A DNA stretch of 64,000 nt from Hyalangium minutum. Its GTDB lineage: Bacteria > Myxococcota > Myxococcia > Myxococcales > Myxococcaceae. Numbering within the stretch: position 1 is the first letter of the stretch; each line of letters starts with the position of its first letter. Below are positions 38,288 through 49,684 of the stretch, one piece after another. The stretch spans positions 558,001-622,000 of the forward strand of contig NZ_JMCB01000006.1 of NCBI RefSeq assembly GCF_000737315.1, given 5' to 3'. Made by a program: the position numbers and the translations under genes. The notes under the pieces were generated by a model. The model was not told the DNA's origin. It saw nothing but the letters and a program-made list of their open reading frames with translations, and searched no databases.

Positions 38288-38932
38288 TCACCGGGCCGCC
38301 TCCGAGCTCCCTGACGGCCCGGCCGTGCGCCCCACTGCGGACCCTGGCAGCTCGGGCCGGCCGAACTGGCGATCCAGCGCCAGGTTCAGGGCCAGCACAT
38401 TCACCCGAGGCTCCCCGAGGACGCCCAGAGTCCGTCCCTCGGTCTCGACACCCACGAGGGCCAGGATCCGCTCGGGTGCCACGCCGCGAGCCTTGGCCAC
38501 GCGGGCCACCTGCCAGCGCACGGCCTCAGGAGACAGGTGCGGATCCAACCCGGAGGCGGACGCGGTGACGAGCTCCGCGGGCACCGGGCCTGAAACATCC
38601 GGGTTCTCGCGGCGCAGACGCTCGGCCTCGGCCTCGGCCCGGTCGCGCAGCTTCTGGGAGGTGGGGCCGAGATTGCTGCCGGAGGATGCGATGGCGTCAT
38701 ACCCACTGCCCGCCGCCGAGGGCCTCGGCTGGAAGTACGCGGGATGGGTGAAGCCCTGCCCGATGAGGGCACTGCCCACCACCTGGCCTTTCTCGCCGGT
38801 GATGAGCGAGCCATCGGCCTCATGGGGAAAGAGAAGCTGAGCCCCACCCGTGACGACCAGGGGGTACAGCCCTCCGGTGAGCACCAGGGTTACGAAACAG
38901 GCCCGCAGGGCCGTGAGGAGCGCGGATGCCAT
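38288..38932 (-). CDS. kdpC: K+-transporting ATPase subunit C
   Basis: [32 protein letters not shown] and PRVNVLALN motifs. Confidence 0.97.
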   Translation of the reverse strand: MASALLTALRACFVTLVLTGGLYPLVVTGGAQLLFPHEADGSLITGEKGQVVGSALIGQGFTHPAYFQPRPSAAGSGYDAIASSGSNLGPTSQKLRDRAEAEAERLRRENPDVSGPVPAELVTASASGLDPHLSPEAVRWQVARVAKARGVAPERILALVGVETEGRTLGVLGEPRVNVLALNLALDRQFGRPELPGSAVGRTAGPSGSSEAAR

Positions 38933-38946
38933 GGCGAAGTCCTTTC

Positions 38947-41007
<2,061 letters not shown>

Positions 41008-41008
41008 G

Positions 41009-42727
41009 TCAGAACACCTTTCCGGCCCCGGCGAGGAAGTGCTCGACGATGGGGCCCAGAGAGAGCGCGGGGAAGAACGTGAGCGCGCCTACGATGACGA
41101 CGATGCTCACCAGCAGACCGGTGAAGAGCGCGCCGTTGGTGGGGAAGGTGCCGGGTCCGTCCGGTACCACCTTCTTGCCCACCATGGAGCCGGCGATGGC
41201 CAGCACTGGGATGATCATCAGGAAGCGGCCGGCCAGCATCGCGAGCCCCAGGCTGAGGTTCCAGAAGGGGGTGTTGGCGTTGAGGCCCGCGAAGGCGCTG
41301 CCGTTGTTGCCGGTGCCACTGGTGAACGCGTAGAGGATCTCCGACAGGCCATGCGGCCCCGTGTTGTTGAGCGAAGAGATGCCCTGGGGGATGACAGCCG
41401 CCACGGCTCCTAGGCCGAGGATGACCAGCGGGAAGATGAGCACGTACAGCATGGCGAGCTTCATCTCCGGGGCTTCGATCTTCTTGCCGAGGTACTCGGG
41501 CGTGCGGCCCACCATCAGGCCAGCGATGAAGACGGCGAGCACCACCATGACCAACATGCCGTAGAGGCCGGCGCCCACGCCGCCGAAGATGACCTCGCCC
41601 AGCTGGATGTTGACGAGAGGCACCAGGCCGCCCAGCGGGGTGAAGCTGTCATGCATGGCGTTGACGGCGCCGCACGAGGCGTCCGTGGTGACAGTGGCGA
41701 AGAGCGCCGAGGCGGAGATGCCGAAGCGCACCTCCTTGCCCTCCATGTTGCCCGCCTGCGCCACCTGCGCTGAGGCCACAGCGGCGTTGCCGCTGGACTC
41801 GGCGGCATAGGCGGCCGCCACGCCCACGAAGAAGAGGAGGCTCATGGCCGCGAAGAGCGCCCAGCCCTGCTTCGGGTCTCGGGCCATCATTCCGTAGGTG
41901 GAGGTAAGGGCCGCGGGGATGGCGAAGATGGACACCATCTGGACGAAGTTGGTGAGCGGCGTGGGGTTCTCGAAGGGGTGTGCGCTGTTGGCGTTGAAGA
42001 AGCCGCCGCCGTTAGTGCCCAGCATCTTGATGGCCTCCTGGGAGGCCACCGGGCCCATGGCGAGCGTCTGCTTCACACCCTCCAGCGTCGCCAGCTCGCG
42101 GTAGGGCGCGAAGTTCTGCAGCACGCCCTGCGACACCAGGAAGAGCGCATAGACGACGCAGAGGGGCAGCAGCACGTAGAGCAGCCCGCGGATGAGGTCC
42201 ACCCAGAAGTTGCCCAGCGTCTTCTGTCCCTCGGGGCCTGGGCGCCGGGTGAAGCCACGAGCCAGCGCCAGCGCCACACCGAGCCCCACCGCTGCGGAGG
42301 TGAAGTTGTGCCACGTCAGTCCCACCATCTGACTGAAGTAGCTCAAGGTCGACTCGCCCGCGTAGGACTGCCAATTGGTGTTGGTGGTGAAACTGGCGGC
42401 GGTGTTGAAGGCCAGCTCCGGCCCCACCGGTCCGAAGGACTGCGGGTTGAGCGGCAGCACGTGCTGCAGCCGCAGGATGAGGTAGGTGATGAGCAGGCTG
42501 AACAGGCTGAAGGCCAGCACTGACAGCGTGTACTGGCTCCAGGTCTGCTCGTGCTTCGGGTCCGCGCCGCACAGGCGCAGCAGCACGCGCTCCACCGGGC
42601 CGAACACGCGCGGCAGGGGCTGCTTCTCTCCCTCGAAGACGCGGAAGAGGTAGCGGCCCAGGGGCTTCGTCAGCACGAGCACGAGCCCGAAGAACAGAAG
42701 GATCTGCAACCAACCGATGAGGGTCAT
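41009..42727 (-). CDS. kdpA: K+-transporting ATPase subunit A
   Basis: [25 protein letters not shown] and NNGSAF pore motifs. Confidence 0.99.
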   Translation of the reverse strand: MTLIGWLQILLFFGLVLVLTKPLGRYLFRVFEGEKQPLPRVFGPVERVLLRLCGADPKHEQTWSQYTLSVLAFSLFSLLITYLILRLQHVLPLNPQSFGPVGPELAFNTAASFTTNTNWQSYAGESTLSYFSQMVGLTWHNFTSAAVGLGVALALARGFTRRPGPEGQKTLGNFWVDLIRGLLYVLLPLCVVYALFLVSQGVLQNFAPYRELATLEGVKQTLAMGPVASQEAIKMLGTNGGGFFNANSAHPFENPTPLTNFVQMVSIFAIPAALTSTYGMMARDPKQGWALFAAMSLLFFVGVAAAYAAESSGNAAVASAQVAQAGNMEGKEVRFGISASALFATVTTDASCGAVNAMHDSFTPLGGLVPLVNIQLGEVIFGGVGAGLYGMLVMVVLAVFIAGLMVGRTPEYLGKKIEAPEMKLAMLYVLIFPLVILGLGAVAAVIPQGISSLNNTGPHGLSEILYAFTSGTGNNGSAFAGLNANTPFWNLSLGLAMLAGRFLMIIPVLAIAGSMVGKKVVPDGPGTFPTNGALFTGLLVSIVVIVGALTFFPALSLGPIVEHFLAGAGKVF

Positions 42728-42737
42728 GACGGTGCCT

Positions 42738-42827
42738 CTAGAACCGCTCTGGGCGGAGCAGGGCGTAGACAAGGTAGGCGGTGAGCAGCACCGAGAGCAC
42801 GGCGCCAGCCGCGTATTCGAAGGTCAT
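42738..42827 (-). CDS. kdpF: K+-transporting ATPase subunit F (29 aa)
   Basis: Below the ORF-track cutoff. [29 protein letters not shown] with the canonical LxPExF end; AAGGA RBS. Confidence 0.93.
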   Translation of the reverse strand: MTFEYAAGAVLSVLLTAYLVYALLRPERF

Positions 42828-42845
42828 GGCGTGAATCCTTTCTTC

Positions 42846-42926
42846 TCAGAGGCGCTCGCAGCCGCGGGCATAAGCCCACGCGAGCGCGAAGAAACTGGTG
42901 GTGACGAGCACGAGTACGAGGTCCAT
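42846..42926 (-). CDS. 26-aa hydrophobic kdp-associated micropeptide
   Basis: MDLVLVLVTTSFFALAWAYARGCERL, single TM ending in CERL; AGGG RBS; directly upstream of kdpF. Confidence 0.72.
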   Translation of the reverse strand: MDLVLVLVTTSFFALAWAYARGCERL

Positions 42927-42943
42927 GGACACAATCCCTTTCC

Positions 42944-44110
42944 CTAGAAGAAGGCCGTGACGCCGCCGATCAGGAGCGTCTGGGAAGGCTTTGACGTGGG
43001 CGCGCCGTCCTCCATCTTCCCGTGGCCCGCGAAGACGTCCTCGGTCGAGCGGTCGTGGCGCGCCTCGAGCTTGAGGGTGAGGTGCTCGGCGGGCTTGACC
43101 TCCAGGGTGAGAGTGCCCTCGGAGAGCATCTGCGCGGTGCCGCTGATGAGGCCGTCGCGATCCTTGAAGAACTCAGCGCGGGCGGCCACGGCCACCGGCT
43201 CGGAGAGCTGCACGCGGGCGCTGAGCGCGGCGGCATACCAGAGGGCCGTACCGGCCTCCGGAACGCGCTGCGTGCCCACGTCCGCGGTGAAACCCAGGCT
43301 GAAGGCGTCCGTCACCTTGTAGGTGGCCACTCCGTCGCCGAACAGACGCAGGCCGTCACTGCCCTCAGGGCCCTCCTCGCCGATGAAGGTGTTGAACGAG
43401 GCGGACAGGCGCTCGCCCGCGTAGGCCACCTGCGTACCCAGTGCCTTGCCGGGGTTGTTCTCGCCGATGTTCTGCCAACCGTTGATCAGGTGGAGCTGCG
43501 CGCTCCACGCATCGCTGAAGCGCCAGGTGCCCTTGAGACCGGTCTGGTAGTAGGGCGACAGCTCGCCCATCCACGAGCGTGTGTACGTCCAGTTGAGCTG
43601 AGACTGCAGCGACTCGAAGCCGATGTGGCTGGGATAGATGCCAGCCTCCAGTGTGAGCGGTCCCCGGGCGAACGAAGCCGAGGCCTGCTGCACGAAGCGC
43701 CACACGTCCGGTCCCACCGCGGTGCCCGTGGGCTCACCCGCGTGGAGCACCTCCATGCCCGTGCCGTAGCCCAGCAGGAGGCGGAAGCCCACCGGCGCTG
43801 GCTCCAGGCTCGCGCCCAGCGTGGCGAGATTGAGGGAGAACTCGTTGTGGCGCTTGGCGCTGGTACCCGTGCCTGGAATGAAGCTGGCTGCATCCACGGG
43901 CCGGTTGAAGTTGAAGCCGTAGTACGCATCGACTCCGGCCTCCACCTTCAGGCGGGAAGCGAGCGCCTCGACAAGAGACGGTGCAGGAGACTGCGCGACA
44001 GGTACGGCGGGCGGCACTTCGGCTGGGCCAGCTTCCGCCTGCGGAGCAGGGGATGCCGCCTGCGCGGTGCACACGCCGCACAACACGAGAGGGAGCGGGG
44101 AGAGCGCCAT
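42944..44110 (-). CDS. Outer-membrane beta-barrel porin (OmpL/BBP2-like)
   Basis: VDAYYGFNFN, alternating beta strands, C-terminal Phe; co-oriented with kdp. Confidence 0.8.
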   Translation of the reverse strand: MALSPLPLVLCGVCTAQAASPAPQAEAGPAEVPPAVPVAQSPAPSLVEALASRLKVEAGVDAYYGFNFNRPVDAASFIPGTGTSAKRHNEFSLNLATLGASLEPAPVGFRLLLGYGTGMEVLHAGEPTGTAVGPDVWRFVQQASASFARGPLTLEAGIYPSHIGFESLQSQLNWTYTRSWMGELSPYYQTGLKGTWRFSDAWSAQLHLINGWQNIGENNPGKALGTQVAYAGERLSASFNTFIGEEGPEGSDGLRLFGDGVATYKVTDAFSLGFTADVGTQRVPEAGTALWYAAALSARVQLSEPVAVAARAEFFKDRDGLISGTAQMLSEGTLTLEVKPAEHLTLKLEARHDRSTEDVFAGHGKMEDGAPTSKPSQTLLIGGVTAFF

Positions 44111-44152
44111 GGCTTTCCTGAAGAGAGGGGGACGGACCGAGCCAGCGAGAGC

Positions 44153-44521
44153 TCACCGGGTCGCGCGGTTCATGTCGGCCAGTTGATCCCTGCAGGCCGC
44201 GTTGCACTCTGGGAACTTCAGGAGGAACTGGGCCTCTTGCCTGCACCGGCCTCCGAGCCCCGGCTTCGCCTGCGGCTGACACACCGCCTGGAATCCGTCC
44301 CAGGTCTCGCGGAAGAGCTGGGCGCGAGCTTGAGGGTCCATGCCCGCAATGGCCCGCTGCTCGGCCGTGAGGGTCCTCGCCAGGAGAAGAAATGCCCCCA
44401 GGACCACCACTGCGCCGCACAGCAAGGCAAGCCACCGGATCCTCGCCCTTGCCTTGAGCGAAGGGGCGTCATCCCTCGAGGGTCGTGGCAGCGAGAGCGT
44501 CATCAAAGAAGACATGCGCAT
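44153..44521 (-). CDS. Single-TM protein with 4-Cys periplasmic domain (paralog of 33343-33705)
   Basis: TM followed by GMDPQAR...W...C...RCRQEAQFLLKFPECNAACR. Start may be 44521, 44515 or 44503. Confidence 0.7.
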   Translation of the reverse strand: MRMSSLMTLSLPRPSRDDAPSLKARARIRWLALLCGAVVVLGAFLLLARTLTAEQRAIAGMDPQARAQLFRETWDGFQAVCQPQAKPGLGGRCRQEAQFLLKFPECNAACRDQLADMNRATR

Positions 44522-44534
44522 ACGCCCCTCCCAG

Positions 44535-44550
44535 TGCAATCGACGCGCCG
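44535..44550 (-). promoter_or_regulatory. Sigma54 (-24/-12) promoter of the extended kdp operon
   Basis: Minus strand CGGCGCGTCGATTGCA gives GG-N10-GC; palindrome CTTGC-N5-GCAAG upstream at 44606-44620. Confidence 0.65.
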
Positions 44551-44812
44551 GGAGCAGGAAGCAAGCGTTCCGAGTGGAGTGCAGAGGCCCCCTACCCGGG
44601 GCCACCTTGCAAAACGCAAGATTCACCCCAGGGTCAGGCTGCAACGGGCAAGGTCGATGTCCGCTCCAGGCACTGTTTGGGGAGCATGCGAGGAGCGGGG
44701 CTCCTCACACCGCTTCAAGAGCAGGCCGTGGGGACCCAAATTTCAGAAAGGATCAGCACCCGCAGAGAGGCGGTAAGAGACTCCGGTTCTGCCGAGCGTG
44801 GAACCGTCCGGG

Positions 44813-45553
44813 TCAGGGAGCTGCGGGGAGGACGCGGAACTCGGCGGCGCAGTCCAGCAACCGGTGGATGGCCGCTTCGTGATCGCCGTGGGCGGCCTGG
44901 AGGAAGGCGTCCTCCCAGGTGTGCCAAGGGGGAACGCGGGCGGTGTCCTGAAGCCAGCGCTCGAAGCGCAGGTACTCCTCGTCCTTCAGGCCCGCCAGGG
45001 AGAGGCACAACCGGTAGCCGTCGATGTACCCGGCCATGCGCTCCACTCTCGCCTCGCCGATGTACATGAGGATGCGGCCCACGCGGCGGATCTCCAGCAG
45101 CTCGTCCAGGGTGGGCACGGGAGGTTGGGTGGGCCGCATCGCCGACGGTCTGCCCAGCCGGCTTCGCTCCTCGGTGTTCAAGGGCATGGCCGCGAGTTCC
45201 TCGGGGGACAGGCCGCGGAACTCGGCCACGGAGTCGAGGTACTTGCGGACCGCGCGGGTGTGGTCGCCATCAAACTCCCGCAGGTAGGCCTCCGCCCAAC
45301 CTTCCGCGGGCCACGCCTTCTTCACATCACGCAGCCAGAGGCCAAACAGGTGGTCCTGACCTTCATCCATGCCGAGATGATACGTACACTGCCAGTACCC
45401 GCCCGTGAAACACCTGAGCCGCCCCGCGTTCGGGATACCCATGTACAAATAGGGCGGTGACTGGCGCGTCCGCATGTCGCTGCGGATCTGGAGGAGCACG
45501 TCAACTCGGGTAGGCGGGACCTTTGCTGCAGGAGAGAGCTGTTCCTGGCTCAT
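44813..45553 (-). CDS. Hypothetical protein with internal two-fold duplication (immunity-like)
   Basis: Two roughly 120-aa units, each ending WL.D...W..A(Y/F)L....GDH..A....LD..AEFR. Confidence 0.65.
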   Translation of the reverse strand: MSQEQLSPAAKVPPTRVDVLLQIRSDMRTRQSPPYLYMGIPNAGRLRCFTGGYWQCTYHLGMDEGQDHLFGLWLRDVKKAWPAEGWAEAYLREFDGDHTRAVRKYLDSVAEFRGLSPEELAAMPLNTEERSRLGRPSAMRPTQPPVPTLDELLEIRRVGRILMYIGEARVERMAGYIDGYRLCLSLAGLKDEEYLRFERWLQDTARVPPWHTWEDAFLQAAHGDHEAAIHRLLDCAAEFRVLPAAP

Positions 45554-45747
45554 GGTGACTCCACGACCTTCTCGACGATGGGCGCCAGCGCGGCAAGCCG
45601 ACTCATATAGTCGGCCCAGGGGAGCCCTGATGCGGAGCGCTTCCGAGAGGCAGCGCCCAAGGTACAAGCTCTCGCCGATTCCGTGACTGGGGCACCTCCA
45701 GAGAGACTCCTGGAAACCACCTGGGCTACCCAAGCCCGCGAGTGCAT
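45550..45747 (-). pseudogene. Probable 3' remnant of a toxin gene coupled to the downstream ORF
   Basis: Short frame ending GLPWADYMSRLAALAPIVEKVVESP whose stop overlaps the next ATG (ATGA); upstream part is degenerate. Confidence 0.3.
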
Positions 45748-45939
45748 GGAAGCGCTCGGGTTCCGGAGCCTTCTGAAGGATGGGACGCCTTCGAGGGATA
45801 CCCCGCCGGAAGCAAGTGAGACGAGGTTGGCTCACTCGGTCAGGTGACGGCCGTGGGGCCCCAAAAGGGTGCAAGCGGCAGCGCTCTCCTGTATTTTCAG
45901 CTTCTCGAGAAAAGCAGGTGAGTCACGTGGGAGAGCAAG

Positions 45940-46602
45940 ATGGGCTGGAGACTTCAGGGTGTTGGGGTGCTGTGTGTTATAGGCAGCGTCCTGACATGCT
46001 CAAGCCCCAACCCCAACCTGCGCGCCACCCGCTTACCTGACGGGAGCATCGAGGTGAAGGGGCCACTGGCGGGCCCCTTTTCAACTCTGGAGGCACTGGC
46101 CATGAACGCGTGTGCAATCGTGACCAGTCAACCCGGGGCGTCAAACGGTGTATATGGGTTTGAGTATTGCGCCCTGAACTACTATTCACCCCAGGAGAAG
46201 GCGTACTTCCTCAGCTACCTCTCCGATTTCAAGAACAGGCCCGACACGACTACCAAGACCTGTGCGCTCCCCAGGTTGCTGGATGACGCTGGCCATAGAG
46301 ACGCAATCATCATCGGTGGTGTTCATGGACATCCCCACAACCGGCGTTTTTCAAGATCTGACTTGAGCATCTGGTCGAACTGGAATCCCACTCGTTTCAA
46401 GGACAAAACCACCGAGCACCTATGGGATCGCCATCTCATGCTTTTCTACCGCGAGAGAACCGGCGAATGCAGAACCTACCTGTACAACCAGGCAACACGA
46501 ATTGTCCATGCACTGCGCAATGACAAATGGGTTGCTATCGGCAAAGCCTACAACGACGTGGGTGATATCCAGATGTTCGAAGGCCAGGATTGGCTGCCTT
46601 GA
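45940..46602 (+). CDS. Exported protein with JAB/MPN-like (DUF4329-type) motif, putative toxin
   Basis: N-terminal signal with Cys; upstream Glu in FEYC; HGHPHNRRFSRSD matches HxH-x6-S-x2-D. Confidence 0.55.
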   Translation: MGWRLQGVGVLCVIGSVLTCSSPNPNLRATRLPDGSIEVKGPLAGPFSTLEALAMNACAIVTSQPGASNGVYGFEYCALNYYSPQEKAYFLSYLSDFKNRPDTTTKTCALPRLLDDAGHRDAIIIGGVHGHPHNRRFSRSDLSIWSNWNPTRFKDKTTEHLWDRHLMLFYRERTGECRTYLYNQATRIVHALRNDKWVAIGKAYNDVGDIQMFEGQDWLP

Positions 46603-46683
46603 GCAAGAGCATCACGGCAAGGAGCGCGGGAACGAATCGCAACCGCAGGGCCTACTGGCAACACCCCACCGAGGCGAAGCGAC

Positions 46684-47103
46684 ATGAGGCTTCTTCTTCC
46701 TTCTCTACTCTGTTGCGCCAGCATGCTGGCGGGCTGCTCTTTCTTTGGGTACTACAAACAGGAAAAGCCAATCTGGGCACATCCTGAGGAGGGCGCCAAG
46801 GTTCAGTTCTTGAACTCATTGGAGGGAGGAACCCGGCTGACCGGGCCCATGATGGCAGCCTTGAAGGTAGCCATGGATGACTACCTTCCTCCCAGCGTCA
46901 GGGCTGAAGACCAGAAGTATCCGGCTGGCAAGTGCCTCGCCCAGTGGAAGTACATCAACGTCACGGTTTTCCAGGCCAGCGATGACCTCTTCTTCGTGCT
47001 CTTCATTCCGGATCTCTCCCACTGCGGGCCCGGGTTCATCGAACTGGACGCGGGTGCTGAGTACGCGATTGATGGCAAGGGGCGCATTCTCGCCAAGCAG
47101 TGA
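46684..47103 (+). CDS. Hypothetical lipoprotein (putative cognate immunity)
   Basis: Lipobox LAGC; two further Cys; directly downstream of the JAB-like gene. Confidence 0.6.
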   Translation: MRLLLPSLLCCASMLAGCSFFGYYKQEKPIWAHPEEGAKVQFLNSLEGGTRLTGPMMAALKVAMDDYLPPSVRAEDQKYPAGKCLAQWKYINVTVFQASDDLFFVLFIPDLSHCGPGFIELDAGAEYAIDGKGRILAKQ

Positions 47104-47240
47104 CCCGGTTCGCCTCTGGAGCCAACCCTGCCCAGGTGGGAGGACCGCTGAGTTTCATGGGCGGGCCGTGGGGACCCATTTGCCCTTCCAGTAGCACGAG
47201 GAAAGGCCCCTGGGTCCTCTCCTCTCTCCTGGAGACGGCC

Positions 47241-47660
47241 ATGGCCAAGGCGTACAGCTACCTGCGATTCAGCACCCCCGAGCAAATGAAGGGAGATTCC
47301 CACCGGCGGCAAAGCACCCTCGCCCAGAAGTACGCGGTAGATCACCACCTGGACCTGGACGACAGGTTGACGTTCAAGGACTTGGGGGTGAGTGCCTTCC
47401 GGGGCAAGAACGCGGGGGAAGATGGACAGCTTGGAGCCTTCCTCGCTGCCGTAGAGGCTGGGAAAGTGGAACCGGGTTCGTACCTGCTTGTTGAGAGCCT
47501 GGACCGCATCAGCCGCGAAGCAGCCTGGATTGCACTTGGCACCCTGACGAACATCCTTGCTCGGGGGATCTCGCTCGTGACGCTCTATGACGGGAAGGTC
47601 TACTCCCAAGCGTCGATGACGATGAACCCCATGGACCTCATGTTGGAAACGACCCTCTGA
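47241..47660 (+). pseudogene. Truncated large serine recombinase (catalytic domain only)
   Basis: MAKAYSYLRFSTPEQ (catalytic Ser), DLGVSAF and VESLDRISR motifs; ends abruptly after NPMDLM at 139 aa, with no DNA-binding domains. Confidence 0.85.
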
Positions 47661-47817
47661 TAACGCGGGTTTTCGATCGCGGGGATCGCGGCGAAGCGCG
47701 GGATCGTCCTCCCGGATTAGGATCAGGAACTCGCAAAATCGGTGGGTTAGCGAGCTTCGGGTCGCGGGCTCTCCAACTCCTGGCTGACCGCGCTGGGCAG
47801 GATCGTTCTGAACGATC

Positions 47818-47875
47818 GCGTCGAGAAGCCCCTGTTTTGCGTCCGCTTCTTGGCAAAACAGGGGCTTCTCGACGC
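47818..47875. repeat. Perfect 23-bp inverted repeat with 12-nt spacer
   Basis: GCGTCGAGAAGCCCCTGTTTTGC ... GCAAAACAGGGGCTTCTCGACGC. Confidence 0.85.
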
Positions 47876-48371
47876 CACAGGGGGCCCGGGGGCTGTAGGC
47901 CCCTGGAACTCGCAAGTGCGGGCACTGTCTTGGTTTTTCGATCAGATCAGCCCGCGCTCAAGGTGAGTCGCGCTCGCGACCGCCGCGATCGTTACGCCGC
48001 GCTTCTTGAGGATCGTCTCCACTCCGCACGGCCGACAGAGCCCAGGGCACTCCCGAATGTTGCAGCACTTCCCCGTCCCACCACACTCGGCGCATACCAG
48101 CCGAGCATTCCCCTGACTGCCGGCGTCCTTTGTGGGAGCAGGACTGGACTGGTCCTCCTGTCCTCGCCCGAATGCCCCCCCGTCTAACCCTGTGGAAGGA
48201 GAAGAGACTTTCCCCCCTCCACCCTTCAAAACTGCCTTACGCCTTGAAGGCCCTGAAAGGCCCTAGGAGCCACGGAAGGTGGCGCGGCCCCCCACAGAGG
48301 GTTGCCCGGCAACGTGGCCCTGCGAGGCCCCTGGAGGCCCTGGAGGGGCTGTTTGAGGCTGGGGGGCCTTA

Positions 48372-48450
48372 GAACTCCTAACAAAAATCAGCTTTGAGGG
48401 GCCTCTCCCCTCGGGGCGGTGGCTCCAGCCCTTATTTTTGTTAGGAGTTC
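48372..48450. mobile_element. 79-bp MITE-like element (17-bp TIRs, TTA flanking direct repeats)
   Basis: TTA|GAACTCCTAACAAAAAT...ATTTTTGTTAGGAGTTC|TTA. Confidence 0.55.
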
Positions 48451-48475
48451 TTAACCAGAAACCAGCGGAGCAGGC

Positions 48476-48730
48476 TTAAAGCCGCACACCAACAGCACCA
48501 TGGATCGACGCTTCCACAAGAGTACGCACCTGCGCTTGAAGCATGTCCAAGTCGGACTGACCAGAGCGGTGCAGGATGCCACCAGGCGTCCCCCGAAGTT
48601 CAGCATCGCATCTGACAGTCGCGTCCCAAATGATCACTTGGGGGCTGTCGCCTGCTCTGAACTTCGCTTCGTACGTGTACCTCTGCATGCTGTGCGGGTG
48701 TTCGTACTCTCCGCTGAACTTCCAAGCCAT
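48476..48730 (-). CDS. Small hypothetical protein (84 aa)
   Basis: GAGG RBS before ATG 48730; lies downstream of the bstA-like gene. Confidence 0.45.
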   Translation of the reverse strand: MAWKFSGEYEHPHSMQRYTYEAKFRAGDSPQVIIWDATVRCDAELRGTPGGILHRSGQSDLDMLQAQVRTLVEASIHGAVGVRL

Positions 48731-48817
48731 AGTGCGTGCCTCGTTGAGCGGGGAGGGAGGTATCCCCAGCGGGTGGTCGGCATCGTGGCCCATAAGGGAC
48801 TGAGGCTCTAAGTGGGG

Positions 48818-49684
48818 CTAAGCGTCAGGCAGCTTCTTCGGATCGACGGCAGCGAGGATCGCATCAACTGCGCGAGCAGGTAGGACGCCCTTGCTCACTT
48901 GGCGCGTGAGGTACTTAGGGAACTTCTCGGGCAGGTAGGTTTCCTGCATCCAGATCCAGAACTCACTAAGGGCCGCGAGAGGATAGATCCACGCCTCAAC
49001 CCCCCCTTTCGCCTGCGGGAAATAGGCCGGGTAGCGGTGCGGGTACTTCTTACGCTTGCCGAGCCGCGCCTGTGCGCCGCTTTCCTCCCAGTACTGAGAC
49101 CAAGCCATCCCGATGCTGATGTCTGGCACCGTATGTTCGTCCAGCGGGAGTCCGTTCTGAGCAGCGGTCACTACCACGTCGCCCATTTCCCGGAACACGC
49201 TGAAGTAACCAGCGGGGAGGGGGTTCAACATGAGGCGGTCGTAGTACTTCCGCCAGTGCTCAGGAACGGCCTGATTCTGAGTAGGGGTGTACCCGAGTGC
49301 GTTGTAGACGAACGCCTTCATACCGGCATGAGCAAACTTCCGGTACACGTCCCGCGCTTTCTTACTCGGCTGAGCAACCTCGAACGCGTAGTAATCTAGG
49401 AAGACCATGCAGACGTCATCGGGGTATGGGTGCTCAGTGCCTCCAGTCTGCAGATGCAGGGTCCGGCGTGTGATCCCCGCCTTCATGAGCATCCTGGCCA
49501 GCTTCCCGTCCCGCTTGCCCTTGGACCAGTTGGCACCCTGCGCAATGACGGCACTTGGAACAACGCCACAAGCGCGCGCAAGCCCACGTGCTGAGAGATA
49601 GGCAGTCCCGTCTTCCAGCACGCCCATCTGCACCTCGTTGATCGTCTTCTCGACTACAACCTTCATCGGCAGTGCGAGTTGCAA
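48818..49684 (-). CDS. bstA: BstA-like antiphage (abortive infection) protein
   Basis: QMGVLEDGTAYLSARGLARACGV, YPDDVCMVFLDYYAFE, PDISIG..W..YW, YP.YFPQA, YP..AL.EF..W....YL..KFPKYL: the motif series I recall for BstA. TTG start with GGAGG RBS; lower GC3. Confidence 0.8.
   Translation of the reverse strand: MQLALPMKVVVEKTINEVQMGVLEDGTAYLSARGLARACGVVPSAVIAQGANWSKGKRDGKLARMLMKAGITRRTLHLQTGGTEHPYPDDVCMVFLDYYAFEVAQPSKKARDVYRKFAHAGMKAFVYNALGYTPTQNQAVPEHWRKYYDRLMLNPLPAGYFSVFREMGDVVVTAAQNGLPLDEHTVPDISIGMAWSQYWEESGAQARLGKRKKYPHRYPAYFPQAKGGVEAWIYPLAALSEFWIWMQETYLPEKFPKYLTRQVSKGVLPARAVDAILAAVDPKKLPDA

Noticed and set aside
47642-47678. GTTGGAAACGACCCTCTGATAAC..., loosely like a CRISPR repeat
   Set aside because: Single copy, no array and no cas genes.
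47942-48229. ORF with CxxCGGTGKC zinc-finger-like motif
   Set aside because: Low-complexity N-terminus, no convincing RBS, and it overlaps the repeat-rich non-coding zone; possibly a gene remnant, but unsupported.
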